DNA of 63,982 nucleotides, filler included, from Basidiobolus ranarum (lineage: Eukaryota): NCBI GenBank assembly GCA_040143965.1. It is 3 parts of 3 records of this genome, joined end to end, with 100 filler letters (N's around TTAATTAATTAA, not from the genome) between each part and the next. Parts side by side here need not be neighbours in the genome. Positions count along the whole stretch, not along the records: positions 1 to 23,955 come from JASJQH010000160.1; 2 more parts are not named here. One strand, 5' to 3'. The position numbers and the translations under genes were made by a program. The notes beneath the pieces are model-generated. The model was not told the origin of the DNA and ran no database searches. It saw only the letters and a list, made by a program, of their open reading frames with translations. Shown in pieces: positions 11,842-24,055 of this stretch (positions are counted from its first letter, which is position 1; every line of letters starts with the position of its first letter).

Positions 11842-14212
11842 TTCAACGTTCCTTTCTTGAGTATATTTGTGTGAAGTTCAACGTGTGTCAAAAGCTTAGC
11901 ATTACCTAGGGGTGAGGAATAATGTCTTATGAAACAAAATTAGGGGGATAGAGCACGTGGAAACTAAAGACTGAATTGTCGTAACATCACTAATTATCAT
12001 AATCTGTGATCGGCTATTTAATTTCTGATTATTTATCTAATTACCATTTTCTAAATATATCTCTTTGTAGGACTATTTAGGCAGGCAGATTTGATAGAGT
12101 AATGCTTAGAGTCAAGTGTACCGCAATGAAATATTTTTGGCGCTCTGAAATGCAAAATTACCGGGCATCGTAGGTGCAAAATATCCCTATGTGCCCCAGT
12201 AATCTCCTATAGAATCTTCGACAAATCTTGTTAATTACATTTGTCCTCCCTTCGATTACTAATTCAGAAATAAGGGCTTTACCATTGCTCAGTTGAGATA
12301 TCAGCTACAATTCCATTTGAAACAGGTGGCTGATGTGATGATGACGCCAGTTAATGCTTTGAGAGCTCGGCGGACCCTCCACGGATATTCACATTCCAGA
12401 TAGGCATTCATCCATCAGCACATCTGCTACTGTTGTCATACTTGAGATATGCCCTTCAAGGTGGAATGTGGATGCAGTGTATACTATGCTATACGTGACA
12501 TTTTCCATGTTGCTCTGGAGGCCTGCCAGATATGCTTAACGGTGCGGATGATAAAAAGCCGGATATACTGATTGTGCCAGAGACCGTGCGAGTGATGTTG
12601 GAGTTTGCGTATCGGCCACAACCTCCCCTCACTCCCGCAATTGCTGGTGTGTGAAGAAATTGCATGGCAAGATTACTCACGGTTAAATTTTGAGCCATTA
12701 GCAAGTGAATCAGATCAATCAAATCCACCGATTGAGAGGACAACCACGTAAATTCTACTCTATGGTATAATAACTTTGAAGTGGCTACATTGGCTGAAAA
12801 GTATTACATTTTCAAGATGCACTTCGGCTCGGTCAGTGAGTTTATTAAAGGGAGGGAAATGACGAATACTTTCCCAGTGCATGTAATCTCATCATCTACT
12901 TCAGATCTGATCTCTCAAGATAGATGTATAACAACGGTTTCTTGGGAACTCAAATACCTGTACGATGTGCTGAATTCTCTATTTTCCTCCCATAAAGATT
13001 AAATGATGATACCACACTAGTAAACAGGTTCCAGCAAATCTCAACCAGAAACCTGCAGTTAACAGGCAATATAGAAGCAGTAGGAATGATCATGGTCACT
13101 CTGTGTGATAAGATGGTTCTCGAAGAGAATTTTTCACTGTTGATTCTTCCAGAGGCAAGATATTTCTAATTCACGTTGGTTTGCAACTTTCTTCTGGAGC
13201 TAAAATTATATTATGTAACTATTACTGTCCAGGCCTTTATTTATTATAATTCTAGGTTTAAAATATTAATCAGACTGACTCTGCATCTTTATGTTGTAAA
13301 GACAACAACTCACTAGGTTGGAAGAGGTATGGCAACAAACAGTACTGTCAAACACATAATAGTGATGAATATATGAGATATATATTTTGCTAATTAACAT
13401 TCTGCTATATTCCTCCTTTTATCGTGTCCAAAAGGTATTAGAACTATTAGTAATCAAGTAGAAACGATGGCCTCAATTAAGAACTTCTCACAGACAACTA
13501 TAAATAACTCCTGCACTGTTCCAGATTCTTTCTCAATTACATAACTCAACATATGATTATGATGGATTTGTTACCCTAGACAATATCCACTCTTATCCAC
13601 ACTTCCTTCCCAGTAGTTCGATAATGTCAAAATATGTGGTTCATCAGGGCTATTCAATAATCTAAACAGGGTTCCACTTCACCACTTCCTAATTTCATCT
13701 GTAAATGACAAAATGAGCTCTGAATAGTATGGCGGGAATTTGCGTGCAAAACGCTATGCTATTATGGATAGTAGAAACTTGGAGTGTCTTTATGCAGTTA
13801 AGCATTGTGTAATATGACTTGAACAACGGAAAGAGCAACTAGTTTTGTCATTTTAGCACTGAAACTCGTCTTTAAAGCGGAGAAACTGTGAGCTTTGAAG
13901 TCTATTCAAATAACCGATGAGAATTTCTAGATTCAGTCCAGAGTGTTTAACATGACTTATGATGGTTTAAATTTGGGCTAGTAAATATTAAAAATCCGAC
14001 TGATCAAAATTAGCCACCATGTGATTCCTACCCAAATAATCCCTTTTGATAGGTGAAAGAGTGAAGTAAAAAGTTCCCCATCTGGGGCAATTGGCTTCTT
14101 TCTCTTCTGAACTCTGTTCATTTACTAATTGGTATGTTATCCATCTCATTGCTGAATCCATCCGTCACCAGACCTCTGACTAACTTACTTCAAACATCAC
14201 TAGTCTTGAAAA

Positions 14213-14770
14213 ATGGAGGCTGTTCAAACTTTCGGTCGCAAGGTATTATACCATCAATTGTTTTAACATATATACTTCATTCATGTGATTGTAATCACCA
14301 TCAATCAACGTTCACTTTACCGTCTGAACCGTATATAATTGCTACCCAACACTCATCGTATTTTCAATCATCAATAGAAAACCGCTACTGCCGTTGCTTT
14401 CTGTAAGCGTGGAAAGGGTATGATCCGTATCAACGGTTCTCCCATTGAACTCGTCGAACCTGAAATCCTCAAATTCAAGGTTTATGAACCCATCCTTATC
14501 CTCGGTGAAGATAAATTCGCTGATGTTGATATCAGAGTTCGCGTTCGTGGTGGTGGTCACACCTCCCAAATCTATGCCATCCGTCAAGCTATTGCTAAGG
14601 CAATTGTTGCTTTCTATCAGAAGTTCGTTGACGAAGCATCCAAGAAGGAAATCAAAGAGAAGCTTATTGCTTACGACAGAACTTTACTTGTCGCTGATCC
14701 TAGACGTTGTGAACCCAAGAAGTTCGGAGGTCCAGGTGCTCGTGCCAGATACCAAAAATCTTACCGTTAA
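14213..14770 (+). CDS. RPS16: 40S ribosomal protein S16 (uS9)
   Basis: [48 protein letters not shown]; coding intron 14243-14377; 5'UTR intron 14132-14203 with CTAAC branch. Confidence 0.97.
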
Positions 14771-17700
14771 ACTGGATTTTGGTTTCTACGCATATCCGGA
14801 GCGTTTTCATTTATTCACAGTGTCTACTAATAAAGACAGCGTAATACATCTTACTAGTGGTTTTTCTTTTTTTATTACGATGGGTTTGAGCGTAGAGTAG
14901 ATATTTGTAAATCTACCGTAGTTTCAAATTCCAGTGGAGTATTGTTGAGAATGTATGTTTGCCTAGTATGCGATTGTTTGTAATATGTAGTTTGAATATA
15001 TAGCGTATCGTACACTTGTCGTGATATAGGATTGGATAGTTGAGTAAATATGTGTTTACTACTCTAAACCAGGAGTGTATTCTGCTTGGACCCTAGCATT
15101 GATGGAAATTGGCTAGACTAGGTACTTTAGTAACCAAATCAGATGAAAAACCCAACTTATTTTCATCAACTTCTTGAGCAATTTCATTCCTAAACTTGGC
15201 ACTGCCGATAATGCTGTTTTGCACGGTATTGGGCACCTTCAATTTATACTTGAACAAAATTGAGATTTTCTTTCAACTAGATTCAATGATACATCAACGC
15301 GCTTATATTAGATCTTACGTAATATATGGTGATTATATAATTCAACTTGGTGATGCTTTTGTAATTTCTGGGGCATCAAGGTAGAGTTGAGAAAGGCATG
15401 TCTAATAGTTAAATCATAAATCATGAGATATACTAGTACAATATTCATCGACCTTATGAAGAAATTGTCGGTGCTATGATGATAGTAAGCTGGATCCATC
15501 ATTCCTACTAAGTATTCAATTACTCAGGAGAGATGTTCATGTTTCCTGGGATTCTAAGCCAGGAGTAGATTTTGATATATAAAATAACTCTGACTGTTAA
15601 AAATAGTAATATCATGGTTCAAATTGTTAGTGAAACAGTAGAGAAGTAGAGAGGCGACGTAGGTGAGTCTTTGACGAGAATATAAACTTAAAATAAAGAA
15701 ATTTACTAAAGTAATATATACTCGGCTCATTCAACCGAGAATTACAAATAATATTTTGTCTGTCTCTCACCTCTTGAGAATATGTCCGTAGTGTAAAAAA
15801 TAGTTGATCAGGCAATGTCTGAGTAGCCCATCTAAATCTTGGCCAACCAGCTAAGTGTACAAACAAATCAAAGAACTAGCTATCAATTCCATTTTATGTG
15901 CTAATAGTGTCTTCTAGATGGCGCAAATTGTTTTTAATGGATCATAGTTTGGAAGGTAAAAATATCGCTCTGTAAAGCTAGGCCCTGTGGCCACAAAATG
16001 CAAAGCACTGGCGCAGCCCAATTGAACAAGTTAGGTATTTAGAACAAGGGCTATGGACCATGAATTATCATGTTAGAGGGGAATTATGGGCAAAATCGAG
16101 TCAGATGAATTTTAAACTACTTTAGCCTATATAGAATATACAGCGCCATCTGCAGCTGATCTTATATCCTGATACCAATGACAAGCAAGGTGCAAACGTT
16201 TTTATTTCCAATAAGCTTTCATTTGCCCACTACTGAGATCAGAAAATCTCTAAAATGGATAAAGGAAACAGAACTTCGATTAAACATACGCTTTCGGCTC
16301 AAACTAGATTGGGGTTTTGAAAATTCATCCAACAAATCCTAAACAATTATCCAATTTTAGCTATAATACGTACTTGTAAGATCTAGATACTTGAGACTGT
16401 GAATGTATGTGCCCGATTAGCTTCAGCTCAGTCTCCTACATTCGAAATGACCGACTTTGAAATATTTGCACCAATAATAGCATACGCACCTGCTTGTATT
16501 TCGCCCGTTTTCCCCCACATAAACATTGGCTATATCAATGAATAGTGACCGGCATGATTGGGGCGGCCTCTAGTATTGAAGAAAGGCGCGTGGGATTTTA
16601 CACGATAGGGAAGTCATTGCTTTTGTCAGGAAGGTGGGTGCGTGGGGCTAATAAGACTTTTGTTGGTAGGACCAGGTGCAAACTAGTGTATGTTTGTGAA
16701 GCGAGAACTTGTTCTTTAGTGAAGTTCTGAAACACCTGGATCGTTGTGGTTTTTTACTGTAACGTCAACTACGAGCGTTATCGTAGCTTGTGATGCTTAT
16801 TACAATCTAGATTCCAATATGTGCTGGAGCTATTAACGCGATTGGGTTAGAGGATGGTTTTTCTTTATATTCTGTGCTCCTTAGGTAATGGGCAAATTGA
16901 CTTGGACGTGAGAACTCTCCTGAAGATTGACAAGTGGGAGTGAGTAATGTGCCGTAGTAACATTTGTCTGGTAGAAGTTTCTTCGTCGAAATATGGAAGT
17001 GAGATATAAAAAGCCTTGAAGCAGAGATTTCCTTTATTAGGGACATTGTGTGCACTCCCTGAGAGGCATACCACTAACAAGAAGAAATCTCAAATGGGGC
17101 AAATCAATTCGAGAACTCTCCTGACCAACCATCCATGACCGTCACTTTAGCATGAGCCCACCAAACGAGGCAACTTGGATTGATTCACCAACAGATCATC
17201 AAGATAACTCTTAAAGACGTTAGCCCTAGGGAACGATACGTCCATGTGTTTCTATAGATGATTGGCTGCGCATTTTCAAAAGGTTCTGCAAATTCAGATC
17301 ACCATATTCTGGACAGTTGACATTAATTTCCGATGGGTTTCGTGTAACAGAATATTTCCCTTTTCCCACAAGATATTTCGAGATCAACGTTCCAGGATTT
17401 GGGACACTCGGTCGGCACTAATACCGTGTAGTGACTCAAAGTAAATATACCCAAAATCAATCATGGTCTAGGCCCGTCAAATGAGTCACGAGGTTGACTA
17501 GATTGTAGGCTGTCGTTCTGATGTAATCACCAACTCAAATCGTGTAACATGCTGTCGATGGTGGTGATCCATGAATTCAAGCTGCGATCAAATATGTTCC
17601 TCTCCGGAGATCTCTCTTTCCGTCCTACAATCAATGGTGAGAACTCTGGAATTAATATCATGTGGAGGCCGAGTGGAATGGGTCGGCTGCTGTTCTTTGG

Positions 17701-18230
17701 AAGCTTGTGTCTATAGAGTGATTAAATAGTCAGAGATAACACTGCAATCCCTTGGCATTGTCGTACGTACCACCACTCAGGAGTAAATGTAACTAGAGTT
17801 GGAAGTTACTACCACAGTAATCACTGAGGTGTCATGGGGTTGCAAACTTCAGTACACACTAACCACCTATGTCTAGATACTTGAATGGGCTTTATCAAAG
17901 AGTTCCCAACATAGAGTTTTCGGATTGGTCAGAGAGATCAGTTTCGATTCAGTGGGTTGCTTGGGTTTTGTATTAAGATCATTTATTCAAGTTTCCTTAT
18001 TTCACATTAATGGTTGTCAACATAATTACAATAATAAAAGTAGGGAAGGTTCAGAAATACATTTGTACCCAATAGAATAGTTCGAATTTCGTATAGGTCA
18101 GTTCCAAAGAAGTATAGCGTTATTAATACAACAGATATTGAAAGGGCACTGCAAGCAGTGTTTCGGTCACAACGTCAATATTACAAAGCAAGTTCTCAAG
18201 ATGGTTTTGTATGTCAGTTAGAGGGGCGCT

Positions 18231-19856
18231 CTAAGTGCTATACTCTTGAGAGTTAGGGAAGTAAAGGGACCCTTGGAGATTATCAACGCAGCCATCAATA
18301 GTAGTCCGAGCTGAGATTGTGGCCATAGGATGATGGGATGAGGCATTTTGGTTCAAATCAAAATTGAAAAAATCCAATCTTTCAGACATTTTAGAATTCT
18401 TGCACGAGGATTTCATTTTTCCTTTCATCGATTCTGTAGCTATGGGCAAGGGTCCGTCCAAGCAAGTATCTGAAAAATGGATGCTTTGATACATGCTATT
18501 ATGAGGTGTTTGAGTGTTAACAAAATTACTGGCTTGTAAGTTGAAGTCAGTATTCATCTCCATATTGAATTGATTTGTCAACTCTGCAGTAAATGGAGTG
18601 TGAATAATAGGTTCCGAGTGTGTGCGTCCATTGAGGCGTCCTAGTTTGTGACTCTTGTTTAGAACCGAGTCAGTTACCTTTGCTCCTTCAGAGTTGGTTC
18701 TGAGCAGGGGTAAAGGAAGCGAGTGTTCAGTTTCCGTTACGGAAACAGGTGTCTCCATGAGATGAGGGGAGTTGTCGACTTGGAATTTGAGGCCCATACC
18801 AAACGGATTGGCCGAGCTTCCTCGCTGATCGCCAAAGATACTCTCATTCTCAGCTATGGTACTTAACTGAGGATTTGAAGTACTGAAATTGATGTTATCA
18901 AATGTAGGAACACACTCTGTAGGGCATGAATTACGCCGAGCATTAGTGCATGCTGAGGTAAGGGTATTATGAAGGAGAATTTGCTGAAAGCTGCCATCAG
19001 TTGGTGCGTTGAGCTGTTCATTTGAGGGAGTATCAACCTCTGAGCAAAGCGGTGTAAAAGGGTGAAGTTCATTCAGCTCATCGACAGGACTACTGACAGT
19101 TAAGAAGCTAGGAGATATATCGTGATACACTAGAGCTGAGGAGGCAGTGGGTTTGGAGTCAGTAGCAATGTGTATAGAGGGTACATCAAACGAGTAAGTG
19201 CGTTTTCCAGGATGAACTTGCTGATAATCGGTCTCCAAGCTATATAGATTGTGGGAAGTAACGGTGCTGAGAGAGTTAAATCGTTTTGCTCTTGGTTTTT
19301 GAAAAGTGGTCGTACGATCTGTAATTGGTTTATGCTTGGACAAATGTGAAGATGTGTGCTTAGTATCATCTGATAAGAGATTGGTGTCAGAATGAGTCAG
19401 TAACCCGCTGGCTGAGAGAGCTACAGAGGATTCGAAGAGCAACTGGTTTTGATCGAAGGTGTTCGAGTTCGTGGAATTAATACTGAAGACTAAACTATCT
19501 TGACTGCTATCTCGGCTAGATTCCGAGTTCTCGCCCAGAGTAGGTTGTTGGCTCTTTGCTTTAGCTCGCCTATTTTGAAACCATACTTGAACTCCACGAG
19601 GGGTCATACTTAGCTTTTGAGCCAGTTCTTTTCTAATGGAGCTGTTTGGCTTAGGGTTCTCTTGAAAGGCCTTTTCTAAAATGGAAAACTGTGTTCTTGT
19701 AGTTCTTTTACGATGTTTCACCTCATACGGGTTGTAAAAAGATGTTCTAAACTCGCCATGAGGAGTTTGATGAAATGTTTCAAACATTGAGGTGCTGTTG
19801 GTTTTTGGGACAGATACTGAAGGATTTTGTAAGGCTGCTTTAAGACTCATATTCAA
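18231..19856 (-). CDS. Homeodomain transcription factor, intronless, 541 aa
   Basis: FYNPYEVKHRKRTT..LEKAF..PRGVQVWFQNRRAK homeodomain near the N-terminus; long low-complexity Ser/Thr/Asn C-terminus. Confidence 0.92.
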   Translation of the reverse strand: MNMSLKAALQNPSVSVPKTNSTSMFETFHQTPHGEFRTSFYNPYEVKHRKRTTRTQFSILEKAFQENPKPNSSIRKELAQKLSMTPRGVQVWFQNRRAKAKSQQPTLGENSESSRDSSQDSLVFSINSTNSNTFDQNQLLFESSVALSASGLLTHSDTNLLSDDTKHTSSHLSKHKPITDRTTTFQKPRAKRFNSLSTVTSHNLYSLETDYQQVHPGKRTYSFDVPSIHIATDSKPTASSALVYHDISPSFLTVSSPVDELNELHPFTPLCSEVDTPSNEQLNAPTDGSFQQILLHNTLTSACTNARRNSCPTECVPTFDNINFSTSNPQLSTIAENESIFGDQRGSSANPFGMGLKFQVDNSPHLMETPVSVTETEHSLPLPLLRTNSEGAKVTDSVLNKSHKLGRLNGRTHSEPIIHTPFTAELTNQFNMEMNTDFNLQASNFVNTQTPHNSMYQSIHFSDTCLDGPLPIATESMKGKMKSSCKNSKMSERLDFFNFDLNQNASSHHPMATISARTTIDGCVDNLQGSLYFPNSQEYST

Positions 19857-22800
19857 ACAATGCTATAGAATAGTCACAATTGACAGATAATATTACGAAG
19901 GAAGGTACAAATAAGGAATACTGTTCTCGATGCTAACAGAGTTTGAGGATAAAAGAAATAAATAATAAAGATGAGGATTTAGTCAGATTTGTATCCAGCG
20001 CCCGATATTTATGAGAAAGGGATCACCGTAGAATGTCGGCTCAGAGGGTAGGGGCTTTTAGAAGATCCCTTAGGTTTTCCAGACCAATGTAGAACATCAC
20101 TCTACTACGATAAACTTATCATAACTTACACATATGGTAATTCTCTTACTGGTATTGATTCTTCTTACCACCTTTTCTAGAAGAAAATCTCTGTGGAGTC
20201 GCGAGCCGTATGGACCAATAAGATGGGATAAACGAGTTCCAATTTGTTGTACGCAATCCTACGAATTTCTTCAATGGGATAAACTGTTGCACCTATAGAA
20301 TCTCAGGGTTCTGATTCTCTCCAATTCTCTACAGAACTCGACCCTCTTCCCGATATTTTAAACTTGAATTTGTTCTCATTGATTGCCAAATATTTTGCAT
20401 TCAGAAAGAAATCGTCGGAATTCACCTGCGATCAGATCCTAATTAGACACCATGTTTAGCAATAAGGCTTACAAATCTATAAACAATATTCATTCTGGCG
20501 CGGTGATATATAGTAATATTAAAAGAACTGGTGGAGTGGATTTTGACACTGGATCATTCAGCATATTTCTTCTTTATCGTACACTATTGCCATTATCAGG
20601 TGTCAAGGTTGTTCTATTAGCGAAGACTCTATACTTTAGGGGATATGGTAGTGATAACCCCAGAACTCTAGGTAGCACCTCAGTCATTTCCGTTGTGTTA
20701 CATGACACAGATCTAAGAGAGGACGCTGCTGTGTATTAGACGTCACATCCACCACTGTTACAAGAGCGAGGATCACCCATGCTTTCATTTAGCTTGAGAA
20801 CGTCTTCAGCTTCTCTGTGTATGAGTAAATCAAATTCACGTTTTCTTATAGACTCGCGTACCTAATTGGCCCTTGATTAAGGTTTCTCTACTCTCATTAA
20901 AGTTTCATTCGGAGATCGCTGCCTTGATGATGGCAATGAACAACTATCCTAAACTTTCTACCGCTTTTACTTGGCTACCCCAGATGGTAAGATTCACTTT
21001 GTCCCTAATTCGAATATATCCATGGGTTCTTCCTTCATTAGTCAAATCTAAGTAATAATCAATTAAACTACATTTTCGAAGAGTTCTTGCGATCGCGATA
21101 ATTGCAGTTTGGTTGTTAACGAACGCGTTCCTTCATCTCGATGAAGTCAGTTGCTTATCCTGCTACAATGAATAGTAGTTTCCTCCAATTTACACTAAAG
21201 AGGTTTGATTAAATGGATAAACCTACGGCTTCAAATCATTCCTATAACCGGAAAAGGTGCCTCCTGATAACATAAAGCTCTCACAGCAAATAGGTGCTGG
21301 GCTTGCTACAGTCAGCATATCTAATATTTCCGAAATGTAAGGTTGTGTAAGGGAGTTCTAATGTACAAGAGCAAGCTCACACGATAGTAGAGTTAAGATA
21401 AGGCGAAGCAGACCTGGATTCTTAGTGAATCAGCTATACAAGGAGTTATTTGTTTCGCGAATTTGTCCAGAAAGGCGATTCAACTCAGATCAGCACCTCT
21501 ACAGCTTCAAAAGTCCGGAAGTCAGAAAATGTCAATGGTAATAATGAGAATCGTCAAGTACAAAATAAGCTAGAATGGATTGATGAACACTAAGTGATTC
21601 CACAAAAGTGAAGCTGATCAAAAAAGGTAATAGTAAGATGATCAGAGAATGTGGTATATATACTGATCCTAATGCTCACAACTCAATTCAGGATCAGGGG
21701 GTCATTCAGTAAATTAAAAACATTCAATTAGGAAAATCTAACAAACATTTGACTCGGGATTGTACGAAATTGCTACACCATCGAGTGGCCTTTTTCAACA
21801 CCGCCAAGTCTGAGCGGGAGATTCAAAGTCATTGCTCAATACATGTTCGATAGTTTTCTGACTCATTTCTAACCCCGTTTACGATGTCAATGACTTATCT
21901 GGACATATAGATAAACATCACGCGGTTGCTTTTGTTAGCCTAATGCTACTGCTCAGTCTACATTGGTACAATCTCTCTCTCTGGGTGACACTTGCTCAGC
22001 CACATTATTTCAATGTACATGGGTATGTAACGCACGTCTACACACAAGATTTGAAAGCCCTATTTTGCACAAACCCGGAAGGACCTTCACCAATCATATA
22101 TTTCTGTCAGTGATTTGTTATGCAAACGACATCTGTAGGCTAGCTGTATTGATGAATAAACGTACGAGATTTTACAGGGGGGCTTTTGTTCTGGCTAGCT
22201 TCTTGTATTACAACACCATTAAATACCAAGCACCATTTACCTATCGCAATGTATGATAGCTAGGAGATATGATCTATATTTAGTATATCAAGAAGTCCTT
22301 TTGGATGAAGATAGTGGAAAGATAGGAAAATATCTCCATAGAGAAAGTATTTGTGAAGCAATGGGAGGCTACCTAGAATACTTTTATAACCGTGTCTATG
22401 TGGTACGGACCTCAACTGTCGGCAGTTTCGGCGGAACTAGCTGACGAAGTGCACCCGTTTCATATGTCAGCTGATAACGTGAAAGTCAGTCAGGTAGCCT
22501 GCTCGTTAACTAAATTGATGCGTGGTCATGTGTACAACTAATGTGATTATATCAATATGTAACGATCAAGTATTCGTCAGCGAACGTCGCAAAAATCAAC
22601 CTTAGCGAGTCAAGACTATCATCCTTGAGAAAATTCAAGTAGTCAAGCTACCAATTATTCTATATTTCCCCAATTTTTCCATGCTCAAGGCAACCTATAT
22701 AAACCGTAAGTGATGAACACTTATATTGAAATTTGTAATGCGCATTCTGAGAAAATATAGGTATCAAATGAAAATCATTGAGATGTTACACTGATCACAT

Positions 22801-23633
22801 ATTACCCTGGATACTAATTATATACTTCTTTTGAGTGAGCTAATGGACGCGTCATTGAAGAAGTGCAAAAGAATGCTGATGTTGACTAGTACAGTCTTCC
22901 TTATAAAGCCATCATGAATTGAAAGAAGGGCTATGGAAGGGAACCACTTGGATGTAGTTGCTATTTATGAAGAAACGAAATATGATAGTTTTTACCAAAA
23001 TGTAGAAAAGTATGTATGATTTTCAATAGATAGTCAAAGGGGGTGAGGGATAGGAAGTGCGCAAGAGCCTGCACAATCAATGCACTAAGAAAAGAACACA
23101 GCAGTACTTCTTCAAAGAAAGGCATATCTGATTGCAAAGATCGATCCGAGTCAGGATATGGTTGTCTTTTGTACCAAGTATTTTGTGCTAATCAGAAGTG
23201 TTTAGGAGATTTAAGAGAAATTGTTGATTGGCACAGACTACTTCAACAAATTGAAACTAAGCAGCTATGCATTTGCTTAGAATAATAAACATGACCACTG
23301 GGTTGTATCCTACTGGTGTGACTAAGGTTAGGGAAAGGATTTGGGAGGCTTAGGATGCATATGAGTACTCATCAATTCCCAATATTTCTCAGATATATGC
23401 TATACATACGCTACATATATTGTGACAATTTGATGTTGGTGGAGACTATTGAGAGTAGATTCCTTATTGACCAGAAGTACTATTGCCATACCTTCAAAGG
23501 TATATCAAAAATAATCAATGGGGTTGTACTAAGAACATCCATGATAGTAAATGAACCACCCAAGATTGACATTTAATCCCACATAAAATCAATATTTAAT
23601 ATATTGATCAGTATGAGAAGTTTGACATGAAAA

Positions 23634-23742
23634 CCAATTTTGATGATTATTGATACCATGGTATCCCAGATATGGGGGAAGCTGGTTCAGCGCCTAAGGT
23701 GGCCCTGAAGTTGGAGTCCAATTTCCCATATCAGGAAACCAT
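23634..23742. other. Imperfect long inverted repeat / structured element (hairpin; also shows C/D-box-like motifs)
   Basis: ATGGTATCCCAGATATGGG (from 23658) pairs with CCCATATCAGGAAACCAT (to 23742). Inner TTCAGCGCC pairs with GGCCCTGAA. TGATGA at 23641 and CTGA at 23705. Confidence 0.5.
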
Positions 23743-23847
23743 ACAAACTGTTGCGAATTAACAGGTCAGATAAATCCAGACAAGAAGTAAAGCTATCAAT
23801 CATATGAGTCTAACAGTAAAACTTCAAATAAATAGTAGGGTCTACTC

Positions 23848-23955
23848 TAGGGGGGATGAAAAGCACCAGATGGTGTGGACTTTATTTAGCTTAAATACTA
23901 ATCTAAACAAAGTGACAATCAAGACATCAATCTTTTAAGATATTGTGACAATACT
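23848..23955. repeat. Repeat family B terminus, copy 1, running into the contig end
   Basis: 23848-23912 matches 63918-63982 at 64/65 positions. Confidence 0.9.
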
Positions 23956-24055
23956 NNNNNNNNNNNNNNNNNNNNNNNNNNNNNNNNNNNNNNNNNNNNT
24001 TAATTAATTAANNNNNNNNNNNNNNNNNNNNNNNNNNNNNNNNNNNNNNNNNNNN
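23956..24055. other. Artificial contig-joining spacer (44N + TTAATTAATTAA + 44N)
   Basis: Exact 100-bp spacer with a six-frame stop linker, identical to the one at 47832-47931. Confidence 0.97.

Noticed and set aside
12520-12655. Plus-strand peptide DKKPDILIVPETVRVMLEFAY resembling the PD-(D/E) endonuclease motif of non-LTR elements
   Set aside because: Short, flanked by stops, no RT or CCHC context; cannot be distinguished from chance without a search
24000-24011. TTAATTAATTAA palindrome inside N runs (also 47876-47887)
   Set aside because: Synthetic six-frame stop linker, not genomic
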